From the NCBI GenBank assembly GCA_965197905.1, contig CBDAOB010000005.1, positions 96,001-160,000 of the forward strand: a stretch of 64,000 nucleotides of DNA, given 5' to 3'. This DNA comes from Candidatus Latescibacterota bacterium. GTDB taxonomy: Bacteria > Latescibacterota > UBA2968 > UBA8231. Made by a program: the position numbers and the translations under genes. Positions 1 through 10,560 of this stretch are shown piece after piece. Below the pieces are notes generated by a model, which ran no database searches, was not told where the DNA came from, and saw only the letters and a list, made by a program, of their open reading frames with translations. Position 1 is the first letter of the stretch, and every line of letters starts with the position of its first letter.

Positions 1-947
1 GCGACGCCGGGCATGCTTTGCTGTCCATGGCGCAGCAAAGAGTGAAAGGTTCCCTTGCCCCGGTTGATCTTGGAAACGTACCCGGTGTCGCGGCTCGAGC
101 GGCTCATCTCGGTAAAGGCATACGCCGGAATATCCTCGAAGCCGAACATGTCGATCGGATGGCCCCGCACCCATGAGGTGTCCGGCCGGGTATAGTAGTT
201 GAACTCCAAGATGCAATCGGGATGGGCTTCGCGAATGCGACCGAGGATATACTTCACCGCTTCTTTGGTCTTCTCGTACCGCCACCTGATCCAGCGGCGG
301 AAATCGAGCGAGCCGAAGTCCACCTCCCGCGGCATCTGCAATCCGGTTTCGTCACGCAGGAGCTTGGTGCAGACCTCGCAGCAACACCCGGGGTACTCCC
401 GCCCTCCCTGGTGGGAGCCAATGTTGGTGTCATCGAAGTAGAAGCCGTCCAGGTCCAGGTTGTCGAGCCATTCGATCAAATAGTCGGAAACCCAGTCCCT
501 AAAAGGAGAGTTGAGGCAGAACCAGCCCTGGTTCTCGATGAACGACCGGTCGTCGAAGAGGAAGTGCATCAGCCACTCGGGATGCAAAGGCACTAAGGGT
601 TTGCAGAAGATGAGCGGGTAGTAGGAGATGACGATGATCCCTTTTTCGTGCAGCGCCTTGATGTAACTGGGCATCCGGTCCTCGTCCACATCGTCGCGGT
701 ACGGTAAGATCTTGGAGCGGTAGCGCGGAGTGCCGCGATCGATTTCTCCGTTCAGAACCGTCGCCTCCAGGCCCACGTCCGCGGCCCATTCGGCGAACTC
801 GGCTACGGACAGTCCGGTGTACTCTTTGTCCGGCCGCGAGACCGCCGGGTAGGCTTCCGTCTTGCACACCCGCTTCTCGTACGGCAGCTGGCGCAGCCGT
901 TCTGCTGTCGATCCGACTCTTTCCAGTACGACTCCTGGATTTGGCAT
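1..947 (-). CDS. Putative glycoside hydrolase (GHL6/GH42-like TIM barrel), runs off window edge
   Basis: Read by hand, not in the ORF track: MPNPGVVLERVG...HPEWLM...WFCLNSPFRDW...LDGFYFDD...GCCCEVC; AGAGGAG RBS 9 nt upstream. Confidence 0.6.
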   Translation of the reverse strand, partial: MPNPGVVLERVGSTAERLRQLPYEKRVCKTEAYPAVSRPDKEYTGLSVAEFAEWAADVGLEATVLNGEIDRGTPRYRSKILPYRDDVDEDRMPSYIKALHEKGIIVISYYPLIFCKPLVPLHPEWLMHFLFDDRSFIENQGWFCLNSPFRDWVSDYLIEWLDNLDLDGFYFDDTNIGSHQGGREYPGCCCEVCTKLLRDETGLQMPREVDFGSLDFRRWIRWRYEKTKEAVKYILGRIREAHPDCILEFNYYTRPDTSWVRGHPIDMFGFEDIPAYAFTEMSRSSRDTGYVSKINRGKGTFHSLLRHGQQSMPGV

Positions 948-979
948 GGCGATCATCTCCTCTTGGTTCTACAAGACCA

Positions 980-2479
980 TCAAATCGCTGAGTGCAGCTT
1001 CCTCAGCGTCGGGTATAATTGCCTATACACGTCGAGTTGATCCCGGTAATGGGCGCTGCGTTTCTCGTCCGGCTCATAGCGCGCGCTGATCGAAACGGTA
1101 CGCGCTACCGCCTCCTCCAGCGAGGCGTAAATCCCGATTCCCCAGCCGGCGAGCAGCGCGGCGCCGAGGCTGGCGGCATCGCTGACACCGATGGCACTGA
1201 TCGGCGTTCCCACAATGTCCGCTTTCATCTGCAGCCATTTCGCTGATCGTGCGCCGCCACCGATCGCTCGCAGATCGTCGACCTCGATGCCAGCCGTCCG
1301 TAGCTGCTGGATGCTGAGCGCCTGCTCAAAGGTAATGCCCTCGAGCAGCGCTTTCACCAGATCTTGCCGGCGGGTGTCGAAGGTCAAGCCGAGGATTGCC
1401 CCCCTGGAGTTGGGATCGTTCTGCAGCGAGCCGCTCCCGGCAAAGTGGGGCAATATCATCAGTCCGCTCGGTTCGTCCCCGGCCTGATCGACGATAACGT
1501 CGTACACATCCCTTTGCTCGCGCTGGGCCACGGCCCGTTCCGCGGCACCCAGTTGATCGCGATACCAGCGCAGGAGCCGGCCGCCGGTCTGGTTGCCGGT
1601 CAGCGCGGCAAACATCTCGGGGACGACGTGGGGATAGCAGGGGACGTTGTCTTGCTCCAGCCGAGAGGTCGGTTCTTTGACCACCGCAGCGATCGATTCG
1701 GTGGTGCCGATGGCATACATCGCCTCACCGCGACCGAGCACCCCTGCACCCAGGGCCCCACACGGCTGATCGTGGCCGCCCACGACCACCTGTACTCCAG
1801 GCGGCAAACCTAGATCGAGGGCTATGGCGCGCGAGATCTCCCCGACCACGTAACCGCTGGGTCGCGCCATCGGCAGCTTTTCGCCGTCGACGCCGGCGGC
1901 GCCCAACAGCTCCTCCGACCAGCTCAACGAGCGGATATCGAAACCGAGCATGCGCGCCGCCATCGAATAATCGATGACCGGCTCCAACCCCAGGCGCTGC
2001 AAGGCGAAATCGCCGTAGCAGAGGAACTTCCAGGAGTCTCGGTAGAGTGCGGGTTCGTGCTCCTTCCACCAGGCGATCTTGGGGACGGAGAACTGACCGT
2101 GGACCGGTTGTCCGCTGATAGCGTAGATCTTCTCCGCGCCCAGACGCTCGCGCAGCCGGTCTGCCTGCTCGAGGGCGCGGTTGTCGGCGGTCACCGGACT
2201 GTTAGCCAGTACCTCCGACGTTTTGCTCACCGGAATGACGGCTTCCCCCTGAGCCGAAATCGCCAGGGCTTTTGCCGGATTGGCGGGGATGTTCGTGTTG
2301 ACTTCGCGGATACAATCGCACAGATGCGACCAGACCGCGTTCGGATCCAGCTCGAAGAACCCCGGCCGTGGATTCAGCAGTGGGTATTCGCGATAGGCAG
2401 TGACAAGAGGTTTGCCATCCGTGTCGAAGGCGATCGCCTTACACCCAGTGGTGCCGATATCCAGTCCCAGGAGGCTCAT
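980..2479 (-). CDS. FGGY-family carbohydrate kinase (xylulokinase-like)
   Basis: LGLDIGTTGCK, GGHDQ, GGGARS motifs. Confidence 0.9.
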   Translation of the reverse strand: MSLLGLDIGTTGCKAIAFDTDGKPLVTAYREYPLLNPRPGFFELDPNAVWSHLCDCIREVNTNIPANPAKALAISAQGEAVIPVSKTSEVLANSPVTADNRALEQADRLRERLGAEKIYAISGQPVHGQFSVPKIAWWKEHEPALYRDSWKFLCYGDFALQRLGLEPVIDYSMAARMLGFDIRSLSWSEELLGAAGVDGEKLPMARPSGYVVGEISRAIALDLGLPPGVQVVVGGHDQPCGALGAGVLGRGEAMYAIGTTESIAAVVKEPTSRLEQDNVPCYPHVVPEMFAALTGNQTGGRLLRWYRDQLGAAERAVAQREQRDVYDVIVDQAGDEPSGLMILPHFAGSGSLQNDPNSRGAILGLTFDTRRQDLVKALLEGITFEQALSIQQLRTAGIEVDDLRAIGGGARSAKWLQMKADIVGTPISAIGVSDAASLGAALLAGWGIGIYASLEEAVARTVSISARYEPDEKRSAHYRDQLDVYRQLYPTLRKLHSAI

Positions 2480-2503
2480 GCGCGTCCCGCGATCAGATGC
2501 GCG

Positions 2504-3142
2504 CTAGCCGACCAACATGCCGTGGAATTCTTCCGGAATCGTATGAGGTTTCCCATGCTGTAAGGCCAGGTGATAGACCTGCGCGGCCATCTCTACCACA
2601 ACGGTGCAGTGCATCGCTTCTGCCATGGAGTTTCCCACGGTCAGCATTCCATGATTCGCCCACACCACGGCATTCCTTCCCTCCATAACCTTGAGCATCT
2701 CGTAGCCAAACTCTCGTGATCCGCTGGGCAAATACGGCATGATGGGGACCTCGCCGCCCACATCGAGCAGAGCGTTCTGAAGCACCGGGGCTATCGGCAT
2801 ATGCAATACGCCAAAAACGTTGGCGTAGATCGGCTCAACGTGCACGATTGCCTGGACCTCCGGTCGTTTTTCGTAGACCGCGAGGTGTACCTGCGTTTCG
2901 TAGGAGGTTTTGCGTTTACCGTCGACTACACTTCCTTCCAGGTCCGTAGTCACCAGGTCTTCGATCGCTATCTGCTCGTAGGAGTAGTCGTGGGGCGTCA
3001 CCAGGATGTGACCGCTCTCCGGATCTCGGATGCTGAGATTCCCGTGTGTGAGCGGCACGAGGCCAAGTTTGGAAACCTGGACACCCGCCTCGATGAGTTC
3101 CCGCCCCAGTTGCATGAGTTTCTCGTTCGACATTTTGGTCAC
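2504..3142 (-). CDS. Class II aldolase/adducin-family protein
   Basis: GNLSIRD, H..VY..RP, AIVH, NHG metal ligands; GTG start at 3142 behind GAAGGAG. Confidence 0.88.
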   Translation of the reverse strand: MTKMSNEKLMQLGRELIEAGVQVSKLGLVPLTHGNLSIRDPESGHILVTPHDYSYEQIAIEDLVTTDLEGSVVDGKRKTSYETQVHLAVYEKRPEVQAIVHVEPIYANVFGVLHMPIAPVLQNALLDVGGEVPIMPYLPSGSREFGYEMLKVMEGRNAVVWANHGMLTVGNSMAEAMHCTVVVEMAAQVYHLALQHGKPHTIPEEFHGMLVG

Positions 3143-3293
3143 GGTTGCTCCTTCGGAGTGTTGTTCGAGATGCAGCACACGAATCGGAATGCGCGTATAA
3201 TAAGGACGGAGGGGGGCTGTATCAACGAAGGCGTCGGTCTCGGCGAGAGGTCATTACGAAAGCCTGCCGAGCCATTGCCATCACACAAGAAAA

Positions 3294-4598
3294 CTACGAG
3301 TCGCGCAGTGCTGTAAGCAGCTCCACGGAAGACTCGGTCATGCGCCGCCCGCTCTCCTTCGAGAGGCGGCAGGTGTGGACCGTCCTTTGGACCTCATACC
3401 CCCCCTGATCGAAGGCGCTTTCCGGACCCACATACCCGCAATATCCGTTGGTCAGCTCCGATACCAGCGTGACCGCGAAGGGCGAGCGTTCCTTGATCTC
3501 GATGCCGAATTCGACGAAGAGCTCCGCGGGATTGGTTACGATAGCAACATCCCCAAAGGAGATTCCCGTCAGCTCGATGGCGCAGGTCGTATCGCCACTG
3601 GCGATTATCGCAGCCTCTTCCGGATCGTATCGCTGCCGCTGCTGTGTCCTCATCTCTGCAGACGAGCTGCGGCAGTCATCTCTGCAAAAGGTGGAATCTG
3701 CCCAGGGCCGGTCGGGGTAGTTCTGCAAGGTGGATCGAATCACCACCCTGTCGACCGGTGAGGGCTGAGCTGCCCCAAAGGCGGCATGAATCCTCGTGGC
3801 CGTCGCTTCACCAATCAGCCGGGCGAGCTCATCGCCACGGTCGGGTCCACCGGGGGGGCCTTGCCAGATGGTGTCGGCGCAGGGAGCTTCCAAAAACGGC
3901 GTGACCAGATCTTCACCGTAGAGCTCGCGAAGGGCGTCGCCGATTCGACCACCGATGTCGGCGTGATAGATCCCACTGACGCAGTTGTTGTGACAGGCGT
4001 AGTTGACGACAACGGCGAAGGGTGTGCCATCGGTACTGGTGAAGGCCAAGAGCTGCATCTGCTCGTCGATCGGACCGGTGGCTGGATAACGGTCATCCGC
4101 ATTGTCGGCCCCCAACATTACCACAAGCCCGCTGGGCTGCAGCAGTCGCCGGTTTCGCTCATAACCGGGTGTAGGGCAGGTTGCCGGCCGTATCAACGCC
4201 GGCCGCATATGGTCGTTTGCCGCGTTTACAGCTGCGGCCGCCTGGTCAATCAAGACATCCACGAATGCACGATCAGGAAGGGCGCCGCTCAGAAAGGAAG
4301 GGCAAGATGCCGGTGCCGCGTGAGTGTGAGTGGCGCCAACCAGGATGTTGGAGCCGGGGACACCGGTTGTCTGCTCGCACTTGTCTCGGATGGCCAAGAG
4401 CAGTGTTCGGTCTGCGAAGGTCACATCTATGGAGACGACGGCGCCCGCCGTTTCTCCATCGTCGAATACGACGGCGTGACAACAGAGCGGGCTGGCACTA
4501 GCGTCAGGTTGGCAGAGACTGTCGTTGTAGTTGGGGAGGGGATGTTCGGGTGTTATGTCAGTCGTTGCGGCGCCGGCACGGAACTTTGCAGCAGGCAT
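3294..4598 (-). CDS. Neutral/alkaline ceramidase-like hydrolase
   Basis: ATHTHAAP, NYACH, ELFVEFG, NGYCGY, GGYE motifs. Confidence 0.8.
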   Translation of the reverse strand: MPAAKFRAGAATTDITPEHPLPNYNDSLCQPDASASPLCCHAVVFDDGETAGAVVSIDVTFADRTLLLAIRDKCEQTTGVPGSNILVGATHTHAAPASCPSFLSGALPDRAFVDVLIDQAAAAVNAANDHMRPALIRPATCPTPGYERNRRLLQPSGLVVMLGADNADDRYPATGPIDEQMQLLAFTSTDGTPFAVVVNYACHNNCVSGIYHADIGGRIGDALRELYGEDLVTPFLEAPCADTIWQGPPGGPDRGDELARLIGEATATRIHAAFGAAQPSPVDRVVIRSTLQNYPDRPWADSTFCRDDCRSSSAEMRTQQRQRYDPEEAAIIASGDTTCAIELTGISFGDVAIVTNPAELFVEFGIEIKERSPFAVTLVSELTNGYCGYVGPESAFDQGGYEVQRTVHTCRLSKESGRRMTESSVELLTALRDS

Positions 4599-4618
4599 GA
4601 AGTACGTGCTGTGGCGCG

Positions 4619-5533
4619 CTAACGCAGAAGGACCATCGAGCGCGTCGTGCGATGGCCTGGCGTGCTCAAATGATAGAAATAGACACCGGAAGAAACCGGG
4701 TGGCCTCCGTCGTCCCTTCCATCCCAGGTCAATTCGAACGTGCCGGGACCGAATCGACCTGCGGTGAGCAGGTGCACGGAGCGACCGGCGGCATCGAAGA
4801 TGGTTATGGTCAGATCCGTCTCCGCCCCAAGGCGGAAACCGATACTGGTTTCGGAGTTGAAGGGGTTGGGATAGCTGGCTAGCAGCGCGAAGTGTTCGGG
4901 AAGGGATTCCTGTTCGTCGATCGAGGTTGCGGAACCTTCACCAGTATTCTGCGACTCCGCGAGGGCTTTGAGGGACTCGTTGATGACTCGGCGTACGATG
5001 GGCCGACTGAACGTCTGATTGGTGATGTAACGCACTACTCCTTCATGGTCCAAGACCACATAACTGGTCTTACCCAGACCGTACTGGCGCCCGATTTTGC
5101 TGGCGCGCATGAGCAGGGGATACGTAGTCCCGGTCTGCTCGCCAAACTGGCGTTTGACTTGGGACGGGTCACCGTCCCACACGTCGAGACCTAGGGTGAT
5201 AAACGATTCGTTCTTGAATTCTTGATGTACCGCTTCAACGTCCGGCGCCGCCGCACGACAGTAAGGTCAGTTGTAGCCGAAGAAGTTCAGCAGGACCACC
5301 TTGCCTCTGAACGCCCTCAACGTTACGAGATCTCCGTTTGTTTGACGGAGTTCGAAATCGGGGGCGGGTTCCCCCACTTTCGCCGACCCAAGGACGTCGC
5401 CCGCAATGGTGAGGGCTGCAGTAAGCAGCACTGCGAAGTGTTTCCAGACAATGCGATCACAGATCAAGGAGAATACCCTTATACGCTGGAGGGTGGATCT
5501 TTTAAACATAGAAATGCAGAACAGAGATTCCAA
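4619..5533 (-). CDS. Exported AhpC/TSA-TlpA-type redoxin with UxxC (Sec) active site and C-terminal FlgD/T9SS-like sorting domain
   Basis: ORFs 5267-5533 and 4619-5182 are in frame across a single TGA (5267-5269): ...KVVLLNFFGYN-U-PYCRAAAPDVE...; hydrophobic signal before VGEPAPDF; YPNPFN/WDGRD/SGVYFY tail; exact start uncertain. Confidence 0.8.
5228..5263 (-). promoter_or_regulatory. Candidate bacterial SECIS hairpin
   Basis: UACUGU/GCGGUA, CGU/ACG and CGGC/GCCG stems with a GGC apical loop starting 17 nt after the UGA (folded by eye). Confidence 0.55.
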
Positions 5534-5571
5534 TATATATGGTTGCGTAAGATGGCGCAGCGGTGGTGTCC

Positions 5572-5973
5572 CTACGCGTCACCGACGACGTGGACGTGAA
5601 CCATGCGCGCCCGGGGACCGTCGAACTCGCACAAATAGATGCCCTGCCACCGACCCAGAACCAAAGTACCCTCCTCGACTATCACAGTTATACTGTGACC
5701 GATGATGCTGGTGCGTGCGTGGGCGGCGGAGTTGCCCTCGTTGTGCTGGTAGTAGGGTTGCACCCACGGCACCATCCGTTCCAAATCGGCCAGCATGTCG
5801 CGACGAACCGTCGGATCGGCATTCTCGTTGATCGTGATACCCGCCGTTGTGTGGGGGACATAGACGATGACATGGCCGCTCTCGACCTCGCTGCGGGCGA
5901 CCACTGCTTCGACCTCAGAAGTAATCTCGTGCAATTCCTGATGTGCGTGAGTCTGGATGCCAAGCGAGATCAT
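5572..5973 (-). CDS. yjbQ: YjbQ/UPF0047 family protein
   Basis: PHTTAGITINE, HNEGNSAAH, LGRWQGIYLCEFDGPR. Confidence 0.92.
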   Translation of the reverse strand: MISLGIQTHAHQELHEITSEVEAVVARSEVESGHVIVYVPHTTAGITINENADPTVRRDMLADLERMVPWVQPYYQHNEGNSAAHARTSIIGHSITVIVEEGTLVLGRWQGIYLCEFDGPRARMVHVHVVGDA

Positions 5974-6086
5974 ATGGAATGCCTCCCCCGGAGTGTCGTG
6001 GTCCTACAGAAGGAAATTCATGGCGCGAGGGCGTCCGCGTGTGTAAATCGATGATGGGGGAATTGGGGATATTGGTCAAGTGGGAT

Positions 6087-6263
6087 TTATGAACGCGCGT
6101 GATCATGAGGGCTCTGCCTGTTTAAGTCCCGCTGGACGCAGAGGATGAACCGCTTGATCCGGGACACGCAGGACTTTTCAGTTCAATGGAGTAGTGCCGC
6201 CGGCGGATCACCCTGCGAACCTGGTCGAGCAGGTTTCGGAGGATGAGTCTCGACCGACTTCAG
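6087..6263 (-). pseudogene. intI: Integron integrase remnant (N-terminus plus probable extreme C-terminus)
   Basis: With two frameshifts reads PPK-LLDQVRRVIRRRHYSI-(R)TEKSCVSRIKRFIL, typical of the IntI N-terminus, then LNRQSPHD, resembling the IntI C-terminal LNR..SPLD; start codon appears as CTG. Confidence 0.72.
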
Positions 6264-6541
6264 CCGGCCTCTTTCAAATTTCTTGATAGTCGATGACCTG
6301 TGATGTACACTATCCATAATTGTCACCAGTTATGCACAGCCTGATCACTTTAGTCGTCCATAACTTGTTTGTTTTCAGCCATTTACTTGACCTGGAAAGC
6401 CTGGTGGGGTCAAGCTCACCGAACAGCGGCCTGAAAGGCGTTGTGACGGCCTGCCCTATCGCAGAAGAAAAGGGGCGAGAAGCGGGTCAATTTCTCGCGT
6501 CCTATGCGTTTTGATCAGGTTCCCTGAGAATCCCAAGGAAT

Positions 6542-8095
6542 ATGGGTAATTTACATATCCAGGTTACCGACAGTGCCGGCCACCTGATACCATGCCGCCT
6601 GCATATCAAACAGACCAACGGCGACTGCTGGATGCCGCCGGATGTCCTCGATCCACGATATACAGATACCGATGCGCCGGCACTATTGCTACCCGGCCAT
6701 TATAATCGATACCTGCATCTCTGCCACGGCGTCGATCTGCAGTCGATGCATCTCAACACGGGTTCGGCGGTTATTCCCGTACCTGCCGGCGTGTTACAGG
6801 TCTTTCTGGCGCGTGGCCATGAGTTTGTTCCTGTCACCGATCAGTTCCAGATCAAGGCGAACGAAACGCTTCACCGGGATTATGTCCTGCGCCGTACGTT
6901 CGACCTGCCGTCACAGGGATGGTACGGGGGGGATATGCATACCCACTTCTCCCGGTGGCAGCCGAGTGACGACCATGTGTGGGCACGGCTTCTGCAAGCC
7001 GAGGATCTCCATGCGGTAAACAATATGGTGTATAAACATGCCGGGATCGTGGAAGCACCACAATACGCCTACGGTGATGCGGGGGAACACCACACGCATC
7101 ATCACGAAGGGCATTATGTGGTTGCCAGCGGCGAAGAATTCCGCGATGACGATCTGTATGGTCATATGATTGCCGCAGGTATACAGGACATCATCGAACC
7201 GATCAGCGTGGGACATAAATTAGGACGACGGGAGAATTATCCGCTGTTCTCATCGGTCTGTGATTGGACCCATGAGCAGGGTGGGATTGCTGGTTGGGCG
7301 CATGGCGGAACCATCATCAAGCTGTTCGAATCTCTACCTGTCGAAGCCGCACTGGGCAAGCTGGATTTCGTCGAGAACATCCAGTTCAATATGTTTTACG
7401 GCTGTATGTTCTGGTACCGGCTGCTCAACTGCGGCATCCGTCTGACCTGCACTGGCGGGAGCGATTTTCCATTTGCCGCGAATCTGCTTGCGCCATGGTA
7501 TCCGAATCTGGGCCTGGATCGGACATACGTCTATCTGGAAGATACATTCAGCTACACGCACTGGATCGAAGGAATCCGCCGCGGACAGACCTTCGCCACC
7601 AACGGTCCGTTGCTCTTTCTAACCGTGGGCGGAAAACTGCCGGGGTCCGAATGTCATATAGCAGCGTCGCAAGACCGGGTAGCAGTAGAAGGCCGTGTTG
7701 TGTGCAACTACGGGCTGGATGCACTGGAGATCGTACAGAATGGCGCAGTGGTCAAACGCATCGAAGGTACGGGAGGACAGACGGAGATTGCCTGGGCTGA
7801 CACGCTGCGGTTGGACGGCAGCGCCTGGGTGGCCGCTCGGGCGCGTGGCCGCGTTGAGTCTGAGAGATATGGTGGTCTGGCGCCCTGGAACTTGCACGCC
7901 CACACCAGTCCGGTGTACGTCCTGCGGGACAACGCTCCGATTCGTGTAGTATCAGATCTGACGGGTATGGCGGATTACGTCAGGATGGTGATGGAGGTCT
8001 ACAGGCGACAGGGGCAGTTTACGTCTGACTCACAACAGCATGAATTGATGGCCAATTGCAAACAAGCTCTGGCATTTTATGAGCGTGCGTTGTAA
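6542..8095 (+). CDS. CehA/McbA-family metallohydrolase (PHP-like)
   Basis: WYGGDMHTH, GGSDFP, G.TFATNGP, AHTSPVYV. Confidence 0.85.
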   Translation: MGNLHIQVTDSAGHLIPCRLHIKQTNGDCWMPPDVLDPRYTDTDAPALLLPGHYNRYLHLCHGVDLQSMHLNTGSAVIPVPAGVLQVFLARGHEFVPVTDQFQIKANETLHRDYVLRRTFDLPSQGWYGGDMHTHFSRWQPSDDHVWARLLQAEDLHAVNNMVYKHAGIVEAPQYAYGDAGEHHTHHHEGHYVVASGEEFRDDDLYGHMIAAGIQDIIEPISVGHKLGRRENYPLFSSVCDWTHEQGGIAGWAHGGTIIKLFESLPVEAALGKLDFVENIQFNMFYGCMFWYRLLNCGIRLTCTGGSDFPFAANLLAPWYPNLGLDRTYVYLEDTFSYTHWIEGIRRGQTFATNGPLLFLTVGGKLPGSECHIAASQDRVAVEGRVVCNYGLDALEIVQNGAVVKRIEGTGGQTEIAWADTLRLDGSAWVAARARGRVESERYGGLAPWNLHAHTSPVYVLRDNAPIRVVSDLTGMADYVRMVMEVYRRQGQFTSDSQQHELMANCKQALAFYERAL

Positions 8096-8216
8096 CAGAG
8101 CCTCGACGATCGTTATGGCCGCCCAAATAGAGAAGCCGCGTTGAACAAAGCATTGGTCTATCCCGTGGAGAATTCACTCTGGCTGACGGAAGAATCCACG
8201 TACAAGAAAGAGGGAT

Positions 8217-9296
8217 ATGATGTCACAAAAAGTGAGATTCGCCCTAGTGGGTGCAGGTTCTATGGGGCGTTCCAATGCGGCCAGGATTCTTGATGACGGT
8301 CGGGGCGAGATCGTCGCTGTTTGCGACGCTAACCGCGAAACGGCCACACAAGCAGCAGCAGATTTCAACGTTTCGGCGATTTTCTCCGACGTCGATGCCC
8401 TTCTTTCCTCAGGAACGAAATTCGAAGCGGCCGTTGTAGCGACCACCAATGCAACGCATGCTCCCATTTCCGTTGCGCTGTTGGAAGCTGGGAAGAATGT
8501 ATATTGCGAAAAGCCGCCTGCATCTGATGTCGGGGGAGCGGAAAACATCGCCACGACAGCCAGAAAGGCTAAAGGGGTGTTCATGTTTGGCTTCAATCAG
8601 CGCTTCGATCCTTGGGCACAGCACGTCAAGAGAAGGGTCGAAAGGGGAGAACTGGGCACTATTTACCACGCACAGACACAGTGGCACAGAAGGCTGTGGA
8701 CATGGACGTTCGGCAACTGGTTCACCGACAGGAAACTCTCGGGAGGTGGACCCCTGATGGACATCGGGATTCATCGACTGGACCAGACGCTCTGGCTAAT
8801 GGACTTTCCCGAGGTCCTGTCCGTCAGCGGCGTGGCCTACGACTACTTGGCAAACGCCGAATCCGAACGGATCAAAAAGGCATGCACGATCGAGGATTTT
8901 ACTGCATGTCTCATCCGATTGGAAGGAGGGGCTTCACTGATCCTACAGTCCAGTTACCTGTCCTACCTGCCGCTGGATGCTCCGGAAATGAGCACGCTGG
9001 TCATGGGAACGGAGTGCGGCTTGCTCGAATGTGGGGGCGTCCTGCGACAGATGTCCAATCAAGGACCGTCGCCGAGCGACACCCTTATGAACCAATTTGA
9101 TGTGCCTCCGGTCACTCCGATGGGCAGTTTCCTTGACTGCGTGTTGAATGGTGACCCTGCGATCTGCACAGCTGAACAGGGTCTGACTGTAATGCAGGTC
9201 ATAGATGCGATCTACCGGTCGGCCGTCAGCGGAAAGGAAGTAGCTCTTTCAGGCCGAGAGTCGGATTCGAACGATTGGGTGGAGCGGACGCGATAA
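8217..9296 (+). CDS. Gfo/Idh/MocA oxidoreductase
   Basis: GAGSMG, CEKP, GGGPLMDIGIH. Confidence 0.92.
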   Translation: MMSQKVRFALVGAGSMGRSNAARILDDGRGEIVAVCDANRETATQAAADFNVSAIFSDVDALLSSGTKFEAAVVATTNATHAPISVALLEAGKNVYCEKPPASDVGGAENIATTARKAKGVFMFGFNQRFDPWAQHVKRRVERGELGTIYHAQTQWHRRLWTWTFGNWFTDRKLSGGGPLMDIGIHRLDQTLWLMDFPEVLSVSGVAYDYLANAESERIKKACTIEDFTACLIRLEGGASLILQSSYLSYLPLDAPEMSTLVMGTECGLLECGGVLRQMSNQGPSPSDTLMNQFDVPPVTPMGSFLDCVLNGDPAICTAEQGLTVMQVIDAIYRSAVSGKEVALSGRESDSNDWVERTR

Positions 9297-9323
9297 GCCG
9301 CACCGCTCACGCACATGTTTGAC
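9266..9323 (+). other. attC-like site (58 nt, well formed)
   Basis: TTCGAAC-gat-tgggtggagcggacgcg...cgcaccgctcacgca-cat-GTTTGAC; complementary core sites, two extra bases on the left arm. Confidence 0.75.
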
Positions 9324-9382
9324 ATGAACCGCTGAGCTCAATCGCTAGAGAGCCGAACTCCTCAACATGAAAGTGAGCACTC

Positions 9383-9787
9383 ATGAACAAAGGCATCAAA
9401 ATCTTTATAGGACTACTGTCAATACCCCTGTTTGTCTTGGGACTGAAGACGATGTTGGATCCGACGAGCATGATCGAGAAATGGGGTATGGATCCCCTGG
9501 GGCTGACGGGGTTGAATAGCTTGCGCAGCATGTTTCCGGGCATACTCGTAGGCAGTGGGTTGATGATGCAAATGGGCATCTGGAAGAAAAACACCACCTG
9601 GTTCCTAGCAGCTGCCCTCTTGATGGGTGTTGTGGCGTTCGGCAGGATACTGAGCTTTGCAATTGATGGCTTTGACCCTGCGTCCGTACCACCCACCGTG
9701 GTCGAATTGTTGGCTCTGGCCGTCTTGGTGTTCGCAGATAAGAAACTTGGCGGACAAAACGTCAGCCAATCAAGAATTACTGAGTAA
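9383..9787 (+). CDS. Small 4-TM membrane protein (DUF4345-like)
   Basis: N.LRS..G, GR.LS...DG pattern; hydrophobic helices. Confidence 0.7.
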   Translation: MNKGIKIFIGLLSIPLFVLGLKTMLDPTSMIEKWGMDPLGLTGLNSLRSMFPGILVGSGLMMQMGIWKKNTTWFLAAALLMGVVAFGRILSFAIDGFDPASVPPTVVELLALAVLVFADKKLGGQNVSQSRITE

Positions 9788-9891
9788 ATGGTCGAGCCGC
9801 GAAGCGAAGCAAGCGCTGGACCCGACCTGCATGCGGGGCGATGGAGGGAATGGCGGGCAGACAATGGCACTGAACTTCTGGAGGCAGAGGC

Positions 9892-10560
9892 ATGACGACG
9901 AATACGCAATCTGTGGTCTTCGATTACCGCACGCTGCGCTTGATGATCGGGATCTTTGCCTTCTCGCTTCCCTTCGTAGTGTGGTGGGTCGCGCAGGAGC
10001 CGCTGCCTTCGGTCAGCGCATCCTATCACACCAACGCCAGGGACCTGTTCGTTGGGATCCTCTTCGTCGTCGCCGCGTTCCTGGCGGCCTACAACGGACA
10101 CACGAACTGGCAGTTCTGGACGAGTAAGGTCGCCGCCCTCGCGGCGGCGGGGGTTGCCTTGTTCCCAACCTCCAGCGCCTGCAAGGGCACACCGGAGTCG
10201 ACGGTTCACTTCATTGCGGCGGCACTGCTGTTCGGCATCCTGGCCTATTTCTGCCTGGTGCCCTTCTACCGCAAGACACGCGCAGGGTCAGTGAAGCAAC
10301 GACGTCGGGCCGTTGTCTACTTGCTCTGCGGGGGGGCCATGGTTTTGTCCATGCTGACAGTCTTCATCGCCGACAAGGCTTTATCCTGTGAGACGATGCG
10401 TGCCCTAAGAATCACCTTCTGGGCCGAGGCGGCGGCGTTATGGTCCTTCGGCATCGCCTGGTTCGTCGCCGGTAAGGCGTTCAGGGTCATCGCCGATCAG
10501 GAGGAACAGCTGACCTTCATAGCGACAGCCGCGAGTAATACCACTACCACTCGCTCGTAG
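9892..10560 (+). CDS. Integral membrane protein (DUF998-like)
   Basis: SVSASYHT.ARD.FVG, VHF.AA, FW.E...L.SFG.AW. Confidence 0.65.
   Translation: MTTNTQSVVFDYRTLRLMIGIFAFSLPFVVWWVAQEPLPSVSASYHTNARDLFVGILFVVAAFLAAYNGHTNWQFWTSKVAALAAAGVALFPTSSACKGTPESTVHFIAAALLFGILAYFCLVPFYRKTRAGSVKQRRRAVVYLLCGGAMVLSMLTVFIADKALSCETMRALRITFWAEAAALWSFGIAWFVAGKAFRVIADQEEQLTFIATAASNTTTTRS

Noticed and set aside
6060..6290. Possible structured ncRNA (6S-like) upstream of yjbQ
   Set aside because: The minus strand translates to integrase N-terminal motifs, which explains it better.
6330..6447. Candidate attI sites (GTTATGC near 6349, GTTGTGA at 6440)
   Set aside because: Right location, but attI has too little consensus to choose a site by eye.
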